Of a stretch of DNA of 64,000 nt, positions 17,801 to 27,066 are shown one piece after another. Each line of letters begins with the position of its first letter. Positions within the stretch are counted from its first letter, which is position 1. Under the pieces are notes generated by a model that was not told the DNA's origin, ran no database searches, and saw only the letters and a list, made by a program, of their open reading frames with translations. The translations under genes were made by a program, and so were the position numbers. The stretch lies in contig JBCBZT010000008.1 in the NCBI GenBank assembly GCA_039815185.1, forward strand, positions 64,001 through 128,000. The letters are read 5' to 3'. Source of the stretch: Cyanobacteria bacterium P01_A01_bin.123 (GTDB lineage Bacteria; Cyanobacteriota; Cyanobacteriia; Phormidesmidales; Phormidesmidaceae).

Positions 17801-18039
17801 GTCATGTAGCGCATACCCTCCACACCATTAATGGCCCGTTCTAGCAGGGTAGTCACCCCTTTTTCGACGGTTTGGGCATCAGCCCCCGTGTAATTAGCCC
17901 GGACGCTCACCTGAGTTGGCGCAATGTCAGGAAACTGAGCAATCGGCAGGGTAGGAATGCTAATCAGGCCAACCAACAGCACAATTAGGGCGAAAACTGT
18001 GGCAAAAACTGGGCGCTTGATGAAAAAGTTGACAAACAT
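14899..18039 (-). CDS. RND efflux permease (HAE1/AcrB family)
   Basis: FFIKRPVFA, GMVVDDAIVVVE, RMRPILMT; 1046 aa. Confidence 0.95.
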   Translation of the reverse strand: MFVNFFIKRPVFATVFALIVLLVGLISIPTLPIAQFPDIAPTQVSVRANYTGADAQTVEKGVTTLLERAINGVEGMRYMTSNSSNTGESQIIVTFDSSRDKDIAAVDVQNRISTAEPQLPESVRQTGVTVTKETSNILLGMSVYTENDEYDDIFLSNYTDLYIADSLRRVNGVGNVVIFGERTYAVRLWLDPQRLARRNLTADDVVVALQEQNVQVGAGQIGRPPISTDQQYQIDLRAVSRIEDLSGFEDLVLRTSETGTLTKLKDVGRVELGADNYGTFLRFSGNEAIGIGIFQLPGSNALDVAQGVKATMAELSENFPPGMKYGIGFDTTEFVEQSLVEVVRALVQAVALVVLVIYIFLQDWRTTVIPAITIPVALIGTFAIINLFGFSINSLTLFGLTLATGMVVDDAIVVVEDIARKIQDEGMRPVDAAILAMRQLTGAVIATSLVLLAVFVPVAFFPGTTGALYRQFALTIAFAIVLSTLMALTLTPTLSGLLLRQRPPNSGWLGGLFDRFNQVLDWARSHYRGTLDLLNYIKPVVLAVFVALLVFTAWLYNFVPSAFLPDEDQGYFITVVQAPEGSSLQYTSDVIDQVEDIILEQPGIRATFAVGGFGFSGNTANSGVIFSTLTPWDERDVTAGQLIGQTFGAVSQITEANVFPVNPPPIQGLGSFGGFQFQLQDRQGDLSLDTLVGNMGALLGAANQNPQLQAVFSTYAASTPQIQIEVNRDRAKSLNVNVNDIFSTLQTYLGSRYVNDYNQGQRTYRVYVQADEPYRNDPGDIGKLYVRSQTGDMIPMANLVTLTDTVGAQTINHYNLYRSIEVNGVPAPGVSSGVALQAMEQVADQVLPPSLGYEWSGTSLEEIESGNQAPIIFGLGLVFVFLVLAAQYESYIDPVIILFAVPLAVLGALLAQTIRGLPNDVYCQIGLVMLIGLASKNSILIVELANQFRVEQGLSVTKAAFEAAQQRMRPILMTAISTLSGIFPLVTATGAGAGSRQSLGTAVFGGMFVATFLSLFVVPILYVVVKQLSDRYLGGPPKPDKAISEG

Positions 18040-18101
18040 AGGCGCAACTCAATCTGGAGGGGCGGAGGGCACAGGCATAAAGGAATAGATGACTGCCAAG
18101 T

Positions 18102-19517
18102 TTAAGGGGCAGACTGGGGCGCTTCAGCCTCATCGGACTGAGGAACAACCGGGGTACCGTCTTGGAGGTTAAGGATGCCAGAGATCACGATCGTTTCTCC
18201 CAGCAACAGTCCCTCTAACACGGGGTACTCATTGTCTTGAATTTGGCCAAGCTGCACTGGACGCAGTTTAGCCACTTGCATTGGGCCAGCAGCTGGGTCG
18301 CCGCCACCCGGCGGTGGAGCACCGTTGCCAGCTTCCTCTGAGGCAGACTCGTCGGCTTCTTCGACAGTGTAGACAAAGGTTTGCCCCCCCAATCGGGTGA
18401 TCGCCGACGTGGGCACCAAAATCCCAGGGCGACGCTCCCAGATAATCCGAGCTTCTACGCGCTGAGCGTCTTGCAGCCGTCCAGCCAAATTCGTAAAGCG
18501 TGCCTTGGTCAGCACCATTTGAGTGTCGGCATCGGTTTGGGGTGAAATAAAGGTAATGCTGCCCGTGGCCACAGCTTCATCGGTATCTGACCGAATCAGT
18601 TCTACGGGTAAACCCGGCTGCAACTGATCCGCCTGCTCAATCGGCACGTCGATTTCGAGCTCCAACACCTCGTTTTGCACGATGGTGGTGATTAGGGTGC
18701 TGGTTTCAACATAATCTCCCAACTTCACTGGAATATCACCGACGATGCCGTCAATCGGGGCCGTCACCGTCCGTTCTTGTAAATCCTGGCGAGTAGCATT
18801 AGCATTGGCTTCAGCCTGGGCTAGGGAGGCATTGGACTGATTCAGAGAGGCGCGGGCCGCTTCAATTTCCTGTTGTGCTGATTGCAGACTAGCGCGGGCT
18901 GCTTCGCGATCGCGGACAGCAATATCTAACTCTTGGTCAGCTAGGGCTCCCGCTTCCACCAATGCGGCAGTGCGGCGGTATTCTTCTTCCTGCAGCGCGA
19001 CCTCTGCGATCAACTCAGCCTCTCGAGCTTCCAGCGAGCGTAAGTTGGCAGCACTACTGTCGCGAGCAGCACGACTAACATTGACATTGGCTTGGGCCGC
19101 ACTAAATTCAGCCTGGGTGCGATCGGGGTTGATTTGCACAATTGGCGTGCCTGCCGTCACGCGATCGCCCGACGACACAAACACCTGCGTGACTCGGCCC
19201 GACACCTCTGGCTGCAGGGCCACACCTGTTTGGGCTTCTAAAGCCCCCAAATACTCGTCACTGTCTTCAATTGTGCCTGTCTGCACCTGCCGCAGTTGCA
19301 CAGGCACACCCTGCCCCATCGGGGGCCCAGGCGGTGGACCCTTTGGCCCAAACAATCGCCACAAGATAAAGCCACCCCCCAACAGCACGAACACCCCAAA
19401 CAGTGCCCACAGCAGCCGTTGCCAAGGGGGAGACGAACGGTGACGAGCTGCAGAAGCGCTAAAGGCAACAGACGTAGCGTCAGGGGCAGACGCGGCCTGG
19501 AAATCGGAAGATGACAT
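18102..19517 (-). CDS. RND periplasmic adaptor (membrane fusion protein)
   Basis: N-terminal TM, lipoyl half-motifs PEVSGRV...GDRV and APIDGIVG, coiled-coil hairpin. Likely ATG at 19517. Confidence 0.92.
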   Translation of the reverse strand: MSSSDFQAASAPDATSVAFSASAARHRSSPPWQRLLWALFGVFVLLGGGFILWRLFGPKGPPPGPPMGQGVPVQLRQVQTGTIEDSDEYLGALEAQTGVALQPEVSGRVTQVFVSSGDRVTAGTPIVQINPDRTQAEFSAAQANVNVSRAARDSSAANLRSLEAREAELIAEVALQEEEYRRTAALVEAGALADQELDIAVRDREAARASLQSAQQEIEAARASLNQSNASLAQAEANANATRQDLQERTVTAPIDGIVGDIPVKLGDYVETSTLITTIVQNEVLELEIDVPIEQADQLQPGLPVELIRSDTDEAVATGSITFISPQTDADTQMVLTKARFTNLAGRLQDAQRVEARIIWERRPGILVPTSAITRLGGQTFVYTVEEADESASEEAGNGAPPPGGGDPAAGPMQVAKLRPVQLGQIQDNEYPVLEGLLLGETIVISGILNLQDGTPVVPQSDEAEAPQSAP

Positions 19518-19608
19518 AGTGATAGCTGGCGTAGACGATGGGCTGAAGTCGCCTAAGAAGCGAGGAAGCACAAACCTGCAGGAAACAACCTCAGCAGTAA
19601 GCAACCAT

Positions 19609-19627
19609 ATTAGTATGGCACCTTATT
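19609..19627. promoter_or_regulatory. Candidate MarR operator upstream of the MFP gene
   Basis: Its reverse complement AATAAGGTGCCATACTAAT resembles the motifs at 20300-20333 upstream of marR. Confidence 0.4.
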
Positions 19628-19699
19628 AAAAAAGGCAAGTAGATATAGTACATATGTTCAACATTGAGGCTATCCAAAAAGTGATTGGCCTCTATCTCC

Positions 19700-19727
19700 T
19701 GGATTTTAGATTTTGGATTTCAGATTG
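19700..19727. repeat. Short heptamer tandem repeat (STRR-like, ATTTTRG)
   Basis: ggattttagattttggatttcagattg; related arrays occur near 32365-32397 and 33594-33619. Confidence 0.6.
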
Positions 19728-19749
19728 CTAAGCATCTGTCCCAATATCC

Positions 19750-20277
19750 CTATCCCCCAGCCTCTGTCAACCCCAATGCCCCGTCCCTCAGCTTTTGCAA
19801 TAGGGTTTGGAATTGAACTTTCTCATCTTCGCTCAGGGCTTGCAGCAAATCAGTTGTCAGTCGAAAGTGGCGGGGCAACATTTGATCAAGCAGGGTCGTC
19901 CCTTGAGCGGTCAAGACAATAATCAACCGCCTGCGATCGTCAGGATGAGTTTTGCGCTCAACCCACCCTTCCCGGGTCAGGCCATCCAACAGCCCAGTCA
20001 CCGTTGCTCGGGTTATCCCAGCCAGGTCAGCGCAGTCTGAAGGGGTTAACCCCCCTGTTTCTGAGCTAAACAGCAGCATCAAGAGGGTAAACTTCCCCAT
20101 CGATAACTCATGGTCAGCAAAGTGGTTGTCTAAGACGGTATACACGCTTGTAGCCGTGCGTAAAAAGGCACAGCACGTCTCAACGGCAGCAATATCTAAT
20201 TCTGGATATCGCCGTGCCAGGGCCAACAGGGCCTCATATTTGGGGGGATCTTTTAGCGTGAATCGTTGGGACACCAT
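19750..20277 (-). CDS. MarR family transcriptional regulator
   Basis: LTPSDCA..AGITRATVTGLLDGL..EGWVER..HPDDRR....LT..G. Confidence 0.92.
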   Translation of the reverse strand: MVSQRFTLKDPPKYEALLALARRYPELDIAAVETCCAFLRTATSVYTVLDNHFADHELSMGKFTLLMLLFSSETGGLTPSDCADLAGITRATVTGLLDGLTREGWVERKTHPDDRRRLIIVLTAQGTTLLDQMLPRHFRLTTDLLQALSEDEKVQFQTLLQKLRDGALGLTEAGG

Positions 20278-20299
20278 TCATCGTCACATGAATTAATTT

Positions 20300-20333
20300 A
20301 ATAGGTGGCTTTGATTATAAGGCGGCGAATGAT
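20300..20333. promoter_or_regulatory. Candidate tandem MarR autoregulatory operators
   Basis: AATAGGTGGCTTTGATT and ATAAGGCGGCGAATGAT lie immediately upstream of marR and resemble the site at 19609-19627. Confidence 0.38.
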
Positions 20334-20634
20334 TTAGAACCATCCATAATAGGGTTAATATTGCGGCCCAGAACTTGCAGGGATAGGATGTACCATCCTG
20401 ATCAAAAGGTTGGCTCAAGAGCCCAGGTGCCCCTACTAGCAATGCAGCCAGTGGCAAAGAACTGTTCAGCCTTGGATTTGATGAATCGGTTTATCAAATT
20501 CCTAAAATTGCCCAAATTGGTTAATAAAGAATTGTCAATTAATTTAATCTACTAGCCAGGGTGCACTCAGATTTCCCTCAGCTTTATCCATCACAGTAAA
20601 GTCAGTGAACTTTGCATTCCCTGGAGTGATAACG

Positions 20635-21051
20635 ATGGTTAACGCAACTCAACTCGGTGGGCGAATTCCTTTGGCCCTATTGACGCTGCGCCTCAGCGTG
20701 TTTTTGGTGATGTTTATGTGGGTTCTCGATAAATTTGTTAAACCAGAGCACGCCAGCCAGGTGTTTGGATTTTTCTACGGTATTAATGGCTTGGGTAACA
20801 CTGTTGTGTATGGCATTGGCGTGGTGCAACTGCTGATTGTGCTGGGCTTTGTGCTGGGCGCTCGCAAATCCATCACCTATGCCTTGGTGTTGGCAATGCA
20901 TGGTCTATCGACGATCATTTCTTTTCGGCAGTATTTCGATCCATTTACCTCACCCAATCTGCTGTTCTTTGCCGCTTGGCCCATGCTAGCCGCCTGTTTT
21001 ACGCTCTACTATCTGCGCGATTACGATAGGCTGTTGACGATTGGTAAATAG
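20635..21051 (+). CDS. DoxX-like membrane protein
   Basis: Four hydrophobic segments; LRLSVFLVMFMW.LDKF..PEHA and NLLFFAAWPMLAA. Confidence 0.7.
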   Translation: MVNATQLGGRIPLALLTLRLSVFLVMFMWVLDKFVKPEHASQVFGFFYGINGLGNTVVYGIGVVQLLIVLGFVLGARKSITYALVLAMHGLSTIISFRQYFDPFTSPNLLFFAAWPMLAACFTLYYLRDYDRLLTIGK

Positions 21052-21062
21052 ATTATTTCCCT

Positions 21063-21722
21063 TTGCTGTTGAATCCGCTGCCTCGCTACAAGGCTAAACA
21101 AGTCCGTGTTGACGGACGCCGTCTGTATCAAATTGAAGGTCATCACTATCCTGGGGTGACAACAATCTTGTCTGCCACCAAGCCACCCGAGGCGAAGCAA
21201 GCCCTCTATCAATGGCGGCAGCGGGTGGGCACAGCAGAAGCCAATCGGATTACCGCGAAGGCAACCTCATCAGGCACGAAAATACACAAGCATATCGAGG
21301 CGTTTCTGAATGGCGATCCGGTGCCCGATGAGCTGGCAGAAAACGGGTTTTGGCAATCTATCAAACCCGTCTTGGCTAAAGTTGAGGAATCTTTGCTGGT
21401 TGAAGGTGCCGTGTGGCACGATCGCGGTTTTGCCGGATTTCCCGATGCGCTAGTGCAGTATGAGGGCAACCTCTGTCTGTGTGACTGGAAGACGGCCCGC
21501 AAACCCAAACGCCCAGAGTGGATTACAGATTATTACTTACAGGTAGCAGCCTATTGCCAAGCCGTGAATCACGTCTATCAAGATTACGGCATTGAGGTAA
21601 AACGAGCACTGGTGGCGATCGCATTAGAAGATGCCCCGGCCCAACTTTTTCCATTAGATTTAGCTGAACTTGACCATCATTGGTTGGGATTTCAAGCAAG
21701 ACTGCGTGCCTACGGTTGGTGA
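21063..21722 (+). CDS. PD-(D/E)XK exonuclease (MGME1/phage exonuclease-like)
   Basis: YPGVTTIL, GTKIH, E....H..FAG.PD....DWKT and Y.LQVAAY motifs. Confidence 0.85.
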   Translation: MLLNPLPRYKAKQVRVDGRRLYQIEGHHYPGVTTILSATKPPEAKQALYQWRQRVGTAEANRITAKATSSGTKIHKHIEAFLNGDPVPDELAENGFWQSIKPVLAKVEESLLVEGAVWHDRGFAGFPDALVQYEGNLCLCDWKTARKPKRPEWITDYYLQVAAYCQAVNHVYQDYGIEVKRALVAIALEDAPAQLFPLDLAELDHHWLGFQARLRAYGW

Positions 21723-21889
21723 GCTAGACCGGAATTATCCGTATTTGAGTTGGAGTAGTGATATGGCGCTGGCCAGATTGCTTAATGCACCGAGTAGCGC
21801 TGGGATGCTCAACACACAAGCAATCTGGCTCGCCGTAGCGCACAAAGCTTTGTGGCTACAGCTATAAATTACTGCTGCTCCAGATAGAT

Positions 21890-22282
21890 ATGAATCAATC
21901 TCAATCGAAAGTCAATGCAATAAGATGGCGTTTGATGGCGCTGCTTTATCTCGCTATCTTTTTAGTCATCCTGGTACTGGCTTACACCAAAAATCTCCCT
22001 GGTTATTTAAACGCGATTCCGTACTATGACAAGATCGGCCACGTTGTGCTGTACTGTGTGGCAACTTATTTGGGGCACCGAGTCTTGAATTACCGCCATT
22101 GGCGCTGGGGAAAATGGCTCCTGCCATGGTTCCCAATACTGTTCGCCCTGTTTACGCTAGGAGAAGAACTGGTCCAGGGCTTGTCGCCTAATCGCACCCT
22201 CGACAGTTTGGATTTATTATTTAGCGGTATTGGGATAGTTTTGGGCTACGGATTGGCTCAGCGATCGCGCCAGGTGAGCTAG
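21890..22282 (+). CDS. VanZ-like membrane protein
   Basis: DKIGH...Y and EELVQ..SPNRT.D..DL motifs. Confidence 0.85.
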   Translation: MNQSQSKVNAIRWRLMALLYLAIFLVILVLAYTKNLPGYLNAIPYYDKIGHVVLYCVATYLGHRVLNYRHWRWGKWLLPWFPILFALFTLGEELVQGLSPNRTLDSLDLLFSGIGIVLGYGLAQRSRQVS

Positions 22283-22293
22283 ACATGCCTATG

Positions 22294-22545
22294 CTACAGT
22301 CCAGCCTTAAGAATCTGCGCTGCACTCAGCCCTAGGTCAGCAAACTTGGGCGATGCCAGCAATCCATCCCCGATAAAACGCTGTTCCTGATATGCTCACA
22401 AAAACATCACGATCGTCTTGTTGATCGGGCTTTCTGTCGGCATCTCAACTAGAATTCCATCCACCAGTTCGTAGCGAGTATCTGTACCGTCGTCATAGTT
22501 GAGATACTCCTCTAGCGTCATGGATTGGTTCGCTGCGATCGCCAT
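22294..22545 (-). pseudogene. Uma2-family endonuclease remnant (internal deletion plus stop)
   Basis: Manual translation: MAIAANQSMTLEEYLNYDDGTDTRYELVDGILVEMPTESPINKTIVMFL*AYQEQRFIGDGLLASPKFADLGLSAAQILKAGL*. The Uma2 N- and C-termini are joined and the catalytic core is absent. Confidence 0.8.
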
Positions 22546-22604
22546 GGAAGTTGCCGACTATCAAGACACTGGTTGGATGATTTTAGGATAACGCAGGGCT
22601 GAAG

Positions 22605-23405
22605 CTAGTCTTTCAACCGTTTCTCGACTAGTAGTTCTGTCGCCCAGCTTTGCTTGTTGTCTGCAAGCGGTGGCATTAATTCACGGCTGTAATCCAAAAC
22701 ATAGTCAAATCCGCCGCGATCGTAGACTGCGTTGAGTAGGGTTTGTATCTCTAGGGCAGCAGGCTCATCTTGGCTGAGTAACGGAATGGGAAAGGTGGGC
22801 AAGGATTGCTGCAAATCGACTAGGTATAGGTCAGCGCTAGGACGGCGATCGCTGGGGCTCACCAAAATTCGATAATCACTGGTAGCGGGTGCATTTAAGA
22901 TCGGCATTGGTTGCCAACCGCGCAGCAAATCGATTTCGACGAGGTGAGTCAAGCTACCTAAAAGCCGCTGACGTTTTTGAAGATAGGTGTTGCGGGCTTC
23001 CCCAGGTCTTTTATTCACGGGTGACAAGATTTCAATCGCGGTGATCACTTTCCCCGTCTGCATTTCACGAATTTCGAGATAGGCTTGCTTGACTTGCTCT
23101 GTCATCGGTAGTGTGACGATCTGAGGCTGATGCGGTGAAACTTCGGAGGCCGCTGTGGTGATTTTGGCCTGGGCAGACTGGCGATGAACAGAGACATCAG
23201 GAATACCGACTAGCAGGGAGTTACCGTTGCCACCAGTCTCTAATTGGTTAACTTCATAGATGCGTTTTTCAATCGCAACCCGATATTTGGGTCTCACCTG
23301 GGGGACTAACGTCTCTGCAATTAGCGTGATTAACCAGTGATGCACCTCCGGCCAGAAGTCAGGATGCTCTAAATAGGGATCCATACCGGGAAAGGGGGAA
23401 GACAT
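22605..23405 (-). CDS. DUF4058 family protein
   Basis: MSSPFPGMDPYLE...IEILSPVNK...HLVEIDLLRG. Confidence 0.9.
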   Translation of the reverse strand: MSSPFPGMDPYLEHPDFWPEVHHWLITLIAETLVPQVRPKYRVAIEKRIYEVNQLETGGNGNSLLVGIPDVSVHRQSAQAKITTAASEVSPHQPQIVTLPMTEQVKQAYLEIREMQTGKVITAIEILSPVNKRPGEARNTYLQKRQRLLGSLTHLVEIDLLRGWQPMPILNAPATSDYRILVSPSDRRPSADLYLVDLQQSLPTFPIPLLSQDEPAALEIQTLLNAVYDRGGFDYVLDYSRELMPPLADNKQSWATELLVEKRLKD

Positions 23406-23536
23406 TGCAATTGGATAGCATCAACACGATGCTTAAATTCTACCCGTAGCCAAACGCCGAGCATTATCAGTCTGCATTGAGTGAGGGTGTAGCCAGAAGC
23501 AGTTGGCAAAAATTCCATTACAGTTACAATCACACC

Positions 23537-24262
23537 TTAAGTGTTAGCCAACCGCTCATAAAGGTCTATAGCGCCAGGTAATTGGGCGTTTGCTTCCAGT
23601 GCTTCTGCACAAGTGCGTCGAGCATCAACTAAGTTGCCAGATGATTCAAGGGCCGTGGCATATGTAAGGATGTCAGCAGGACATTGATAATTACTGGAAT
23701 AAGCTCGTTTTGCAAGTTCGCATGCCTGAGCAGAATCCCCTGACTGTATCAGCAGACTTGCGAGCAAGCGCATCGGTGAGGTTTCAAAGCAGACATAGCT
23801 TGTGACTTTGCCTGCATATAGGTCGAAATAATCTTCAAGTAATTCGCGAGCCTTCTGAGAATTGCCTGCATTAATAAATGCCTCGGCACAGTCAACCCAT
23901 TTCTGTGGGTTGATGCCCATAGTCTTGTCTGAACCGTTGCAGTGTAGGTACAGATCTCTAAGACGATCGTCAGCAGCCTTTTGATGATTACCAAGTGACG
24001 TAAGCGCACACGACCGCCAATAATATGCGCCTGGGAATTCAGAGTTGATTGAAAGCGCGCGATCGAAATCCGCAATGGCATCAGCGTTCCGGCCAAGATT
24101 CAACATCACCATTGCCCGCTCAAAATACGCTTGTGCATTGTTTGGATCGATGGCAATCGCGCGTCTGAGCAAGTTCAGGGCTCCTATGTAATCCTCGACA
24201 TCTGATAAATCAATTGCTGCGTGAACAAGGAGTGTTGAGGTCAACATCACAAGTTTTGACAA
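23537..24262 (-). CDS. TPR-repeat protein
   Basis: AIAIDPNNAQAYFERA...AIADFDRAL; TTG start with GAGG upstream. Confidence 0.7.
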   Translation of the reverse strand: MSKLVMLTSTLLVHAAIDLSDVEDYIGALNLLRRAIAIDPNNAQAYFERAMVMLNLGRNADAIADFDRALSINSEFPGAYYWRSCALTSLGNHQKAADDRLRDLYLHCNGSDKTMGINPQKWVDCAEAFINAGNSQKARELLEDYFDLYAGKVTSYVCFETSPMRLLASLLIQSGDSAQACELAKRAYSSNYQCPADILTYATALESSGNLVDARRTCAEALEANAQLPGAIDLYERLANT

Positions 24263-24357
24263 ATACCTCTCGATAAATCTGAGCTTTCTTGATGTAGCCC
24301 TTTCCTGGGTTCAAGCAAATGCTTCCCTTCTTATTAGGCATCTTGAGAATTGCTGAG

Positions 24358-24861
24358 TTAGCTTGATTGAGTTGCCAAAACCGCTTCCACAAACCCCTTT
24401 GGATCATCGGGGGTCAGCACCACGGTTTTTTGAGGAAATTTCAGCACTACTGAGTTACGGGGATTCGTCGCATAGGCCGTATATTTCCCCAAGGCTTGAT
24501 TGCGAAATTTACCGCTAAAGGCAAACAGCCCACCGTTGCCAAAGAGTCGCAGCGATTCATCCATGGCCGTTGGCACTACCTCAGCGCTAATCAGATTCCT
24601 CAGCTCAACGGTAGACTCCCACCCCAAACGCTGCACGGTTAAAGTGTGGCCTGCGATCGCGTAGCCGCGAATACAAAAGAAAGCCGTCGCCACTAAAATC
24701 ACCAACGGTAGCCCCACCATGGTTGGCAACCAAAACCAAGTGTTGCGAGGGCCTGTGAAAAGGCCAATTAATGCGATCGCAATCAGCAAACCACAGGTCA
24801 ACCCTGTGATCAGCCATAGCGACGTAGACCACGGTGCCTTGAACAACATCGTCGGGGCCAT
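24358..24861 (-). CDS. Membrane protein with bacterial PH domain
   Basis: Two TM segments followed by SLRLFGNGGLF.FSG.F....LG.Y.AYAT and VVLTPDDP..FV. Confidence 0.8.
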   Translation of the reverse strand: MAPTMLFKAPWSTSLWLITGLTCGLLIAIALIGLFTGPRNTWFWLPTMVGLPLVILVATAFFCIRGYAIAGHTLTVQRLGWESTVELRNLISAEVVPTAMDESLRLFGNGGLFAFSGKFRNQALGKYTAYATNPRNSVVLKFPQKTVVLTPDDPKGFVEAVLATQSS

Positions 24862-25108
24862 TGAGTTTCCTCCTAATTGTTGCAAGTTTTGGATAAATTG
24901 AGTGCTAATCCGATTGTAAGCATTGCCCAAAACAAGCACCATGACCTTAGCCACTCGATCTGGGTTCAAGCACGATGACCTTGGTCACGCCTTTATCCCT
25001 GCAATAAAAAATAATCAAGGCCGAATAGAATGGGGATCTCTGGCATAGATTGGGAATATCTTAGGGGGGACACCCCAAGCCTTTTGCAGTCTTATCTGGG
25101 TTAGAGCC

Positions 25109-26098
25109 GTGCCTAAAGTTAGCATTTGCGTCCCCACTTACAACCGCGCCGAGATTTTACCCTACGCCGTCAACAGCGTGTTGAACCAAACCTACGGCGA
25201 CTTTGAACTGCTGATTTGTGACGACGCCTCCCCAGACTACACTGCTGATGTCATCGCCCAGTGGGATGATCCTCGTATTCGCTATATTCGCCACCCGCAA
25301 AATATCAAGCGCAGTCGCAATATGCGCTCTGGCTTTGACGCGGCCCAGGGCGAGTACTTTATCAAGTTTGACGACGACGATGCTCTCACCCCGGAATTTC
25401 TAGAAAAGGCTGTAGCCGTTCTGGATGCGAATCCTAACGTGGATTTTGTCTGCACCGATCACTGGGTGATCAACGCCAAAAACGAACGGGACGAAGCGGC
25501 GACCCAAGCCAACTCAGCCAAGTGGGGTAAAGATCGCCTGGGTCATGGTGTGATTGATGATTTGGTTCGTGAAACCTTTGAACACCAAAGCTTACAGGTC
25601 GGTTCTACCTTGTTTCGTAAGGCTTGCCTGGATGAAGTCGATTTCATGCAGTTTGAAGCCGACGGGTGCGAAGATTTTGACTTACTGGTACGCCTAGCCT
25701 TGGCAGGCAATACAGGTTATTTCATCCCTGAAAAGCTGATGGAATATCGCTTCCATGGCGGGCAAACCAGCCTCAAACAAGACATTCACTTTCTCTCTGC
25801 AAAGCTGTTTTGCCTCAACAGCTATCGCTTTGATCGGCCAGAGTTAGAAAGATCTCGGCAGGGCAAAGCCAATGGGCTCAAGCAAGTGTTGGCCCTACGG
25901 TTAATCGAAAAAGGGGAAACGGCAAAAGGTCGCCAACTGCTTCAAGAACTGCAGCAAGCTGGGAAACTCTCGTCGAAAGCCAAGGTGGGCACAATTCTGT
26001 CTTATTTGCCCGTTTGGATGCGCCAAATCGTATTTCAGGGGTTCCGCAAGGCCCGCCCCCAAGACTATAGCGAACGGGTTCGCAATGCGGCGGGTTAA
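25109..26098 (+). CDS. Glycosyltransferase family 2
   Basis: VSICVPTYNR, DDAS.D, FDDDD and EDFDL motifs. Confidence 0.92.
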   Translation: MPKVSICVPTYNRAEILPYAVNSVLNQTYGDFELLICDDASPDYTADVIAQWDDPRIRYIRHPQNIKRSRNMRSGFDAAQGEYFIKFDDDDALTPEFLEKAVAVLDANPNVDFVCTDHWVINAKNERDEAATQANSAKWGKDRLGHGVIDDLVRETFEHQSLQVGSTLFRKACLDEVDFMQFEADGCEDFDLLVRLALAGNTGYFIPEKLMEYRFHGGQTSLKQDIHFLSAKLFCLNSYRFDRPELERSRQGKANGLKQVLALRLIEKGETAKGRQLLQELQQAGKLSSKAKVGTILSYLPVWMRQIVFQGFRKARPQDYSERVRNAAG

Positions 26099-27038
26099 AG
26101 GTGGGCTGGGTTTAGTCGGTGGGCTGGTGCTAGGTCTAGCGCTCGTATTAGGGCTACGCTTTTTTGGCTTAGCGGATGTCCCGATAGCCTCAATGCCGTC
26201 TAGCTCGACTCAGACCGATACTGTGGTAGCAAGTTCATCGCCTGAGCTGGCAGAACCCCTCCAATATGAAGCGGTGACGCTACCCCGAGCCACAGTGCAC
26301 CTACTGACAATTCCCGTGGAGAGCGCTGATACCTTGCAGGTGGGCATTTCAGATAATTTACAACCGGTGAGCCAATGGGGGAGCCCCGAGGACACAGTTG
26401 CAGTCCTGAATGCAGGCTTTTTTGATCCGCAAAATGGGCAAACCACTTCCTATGTGACGATCGCAGGTGAGTTAGTTGCCGATCCACGCGACAACCCGCG
26501 ACTGATGAATAATCCAGATTTGGCGCCTTACCTCGGCAAAATCCTGAATCGTTCCGAATTTCGCCGACTCAACTGTGGAGAAGGCATCCGCTACGTTATT
26601 GCCGCCCACAACACACCGTTGCCAGCCAACTGCACCTTAATCGATGCCGTAGGTGCAGGGCCGCAACTTTTACCCACCGATACCGCTTTCGAGGAAGGAT
26701 TTATTGATTTCAATCAGGCTGGCGAAATCAGTCGAGATGCCTTGGGGAGTCGTAGCCTCAATGCTCGCACAGCAGTAGGCATTAAAGCCAATGGCGATGT
26801 GGTGTGGGCAATGGTGGCCCAGCGACCTGATGGGGCAAGCCCATCAGGCATGACCTTAGGAGAATTGGCCGAATTTCTTAGCGACCAAGGCGCGGCGTTT
26901 GCGCTTAATTTAGACGGCGGTAGCTCTTCTACGCTCTACTTCGATGGCACAACCCATCATGGCAGATGGGATGCTGGTGGTAATCCGATTCAGCGTGCGG
27001 TGAAGTCCGTTTTGCAACTCACGCGATCGCAGCCATAA
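26085..27038 (+). CDS. Phosphodiester glycosidase (NAGPA-like) exported protein
   Basis: N-terminal TM; LNAGFF, GAGPQLL, ARTAVG and ALNLDGGSSS motifs. Confidence 0.88.
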   Translation: MRRVKGGLGLVGGLVLGLALVLGLRFFGLADVPIASMPSSSTQTDTVVASSSPELAEPLQYEAVTLPRATVHLLTIPVESADTLQVGISDNLQPVSQWGSPEDTVAVLNAGFFDPQNGQTTSYVTIAGELVADPRDNPRLMNNPDLAPYLGKILNRSEFRRLNCGEGIRYVIAAHNTPLPANCTLIDAVGAGPQLLPTDTAFEEGFIDFNQAGEISRDALGSRSLNARTAVGIKANGDVVWAMVAQRPDGASPSGMTLGELAEFLSDQGAAFALNLDGGSSSTLYFDGTTHHGRWDAGGNPIQRAVKSVLQLTRSQP

Positions 27039-27066
27039 AGTCATACTCACCCGTGACGAAATCGCA

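Noticed and set aside
24934..24990. Two ~21-bp imperfect direct repeats (aagcac.atgacctt.g.cac)
   Set aside because: Only two copies and no associated genes, so too little to call an array or operator.
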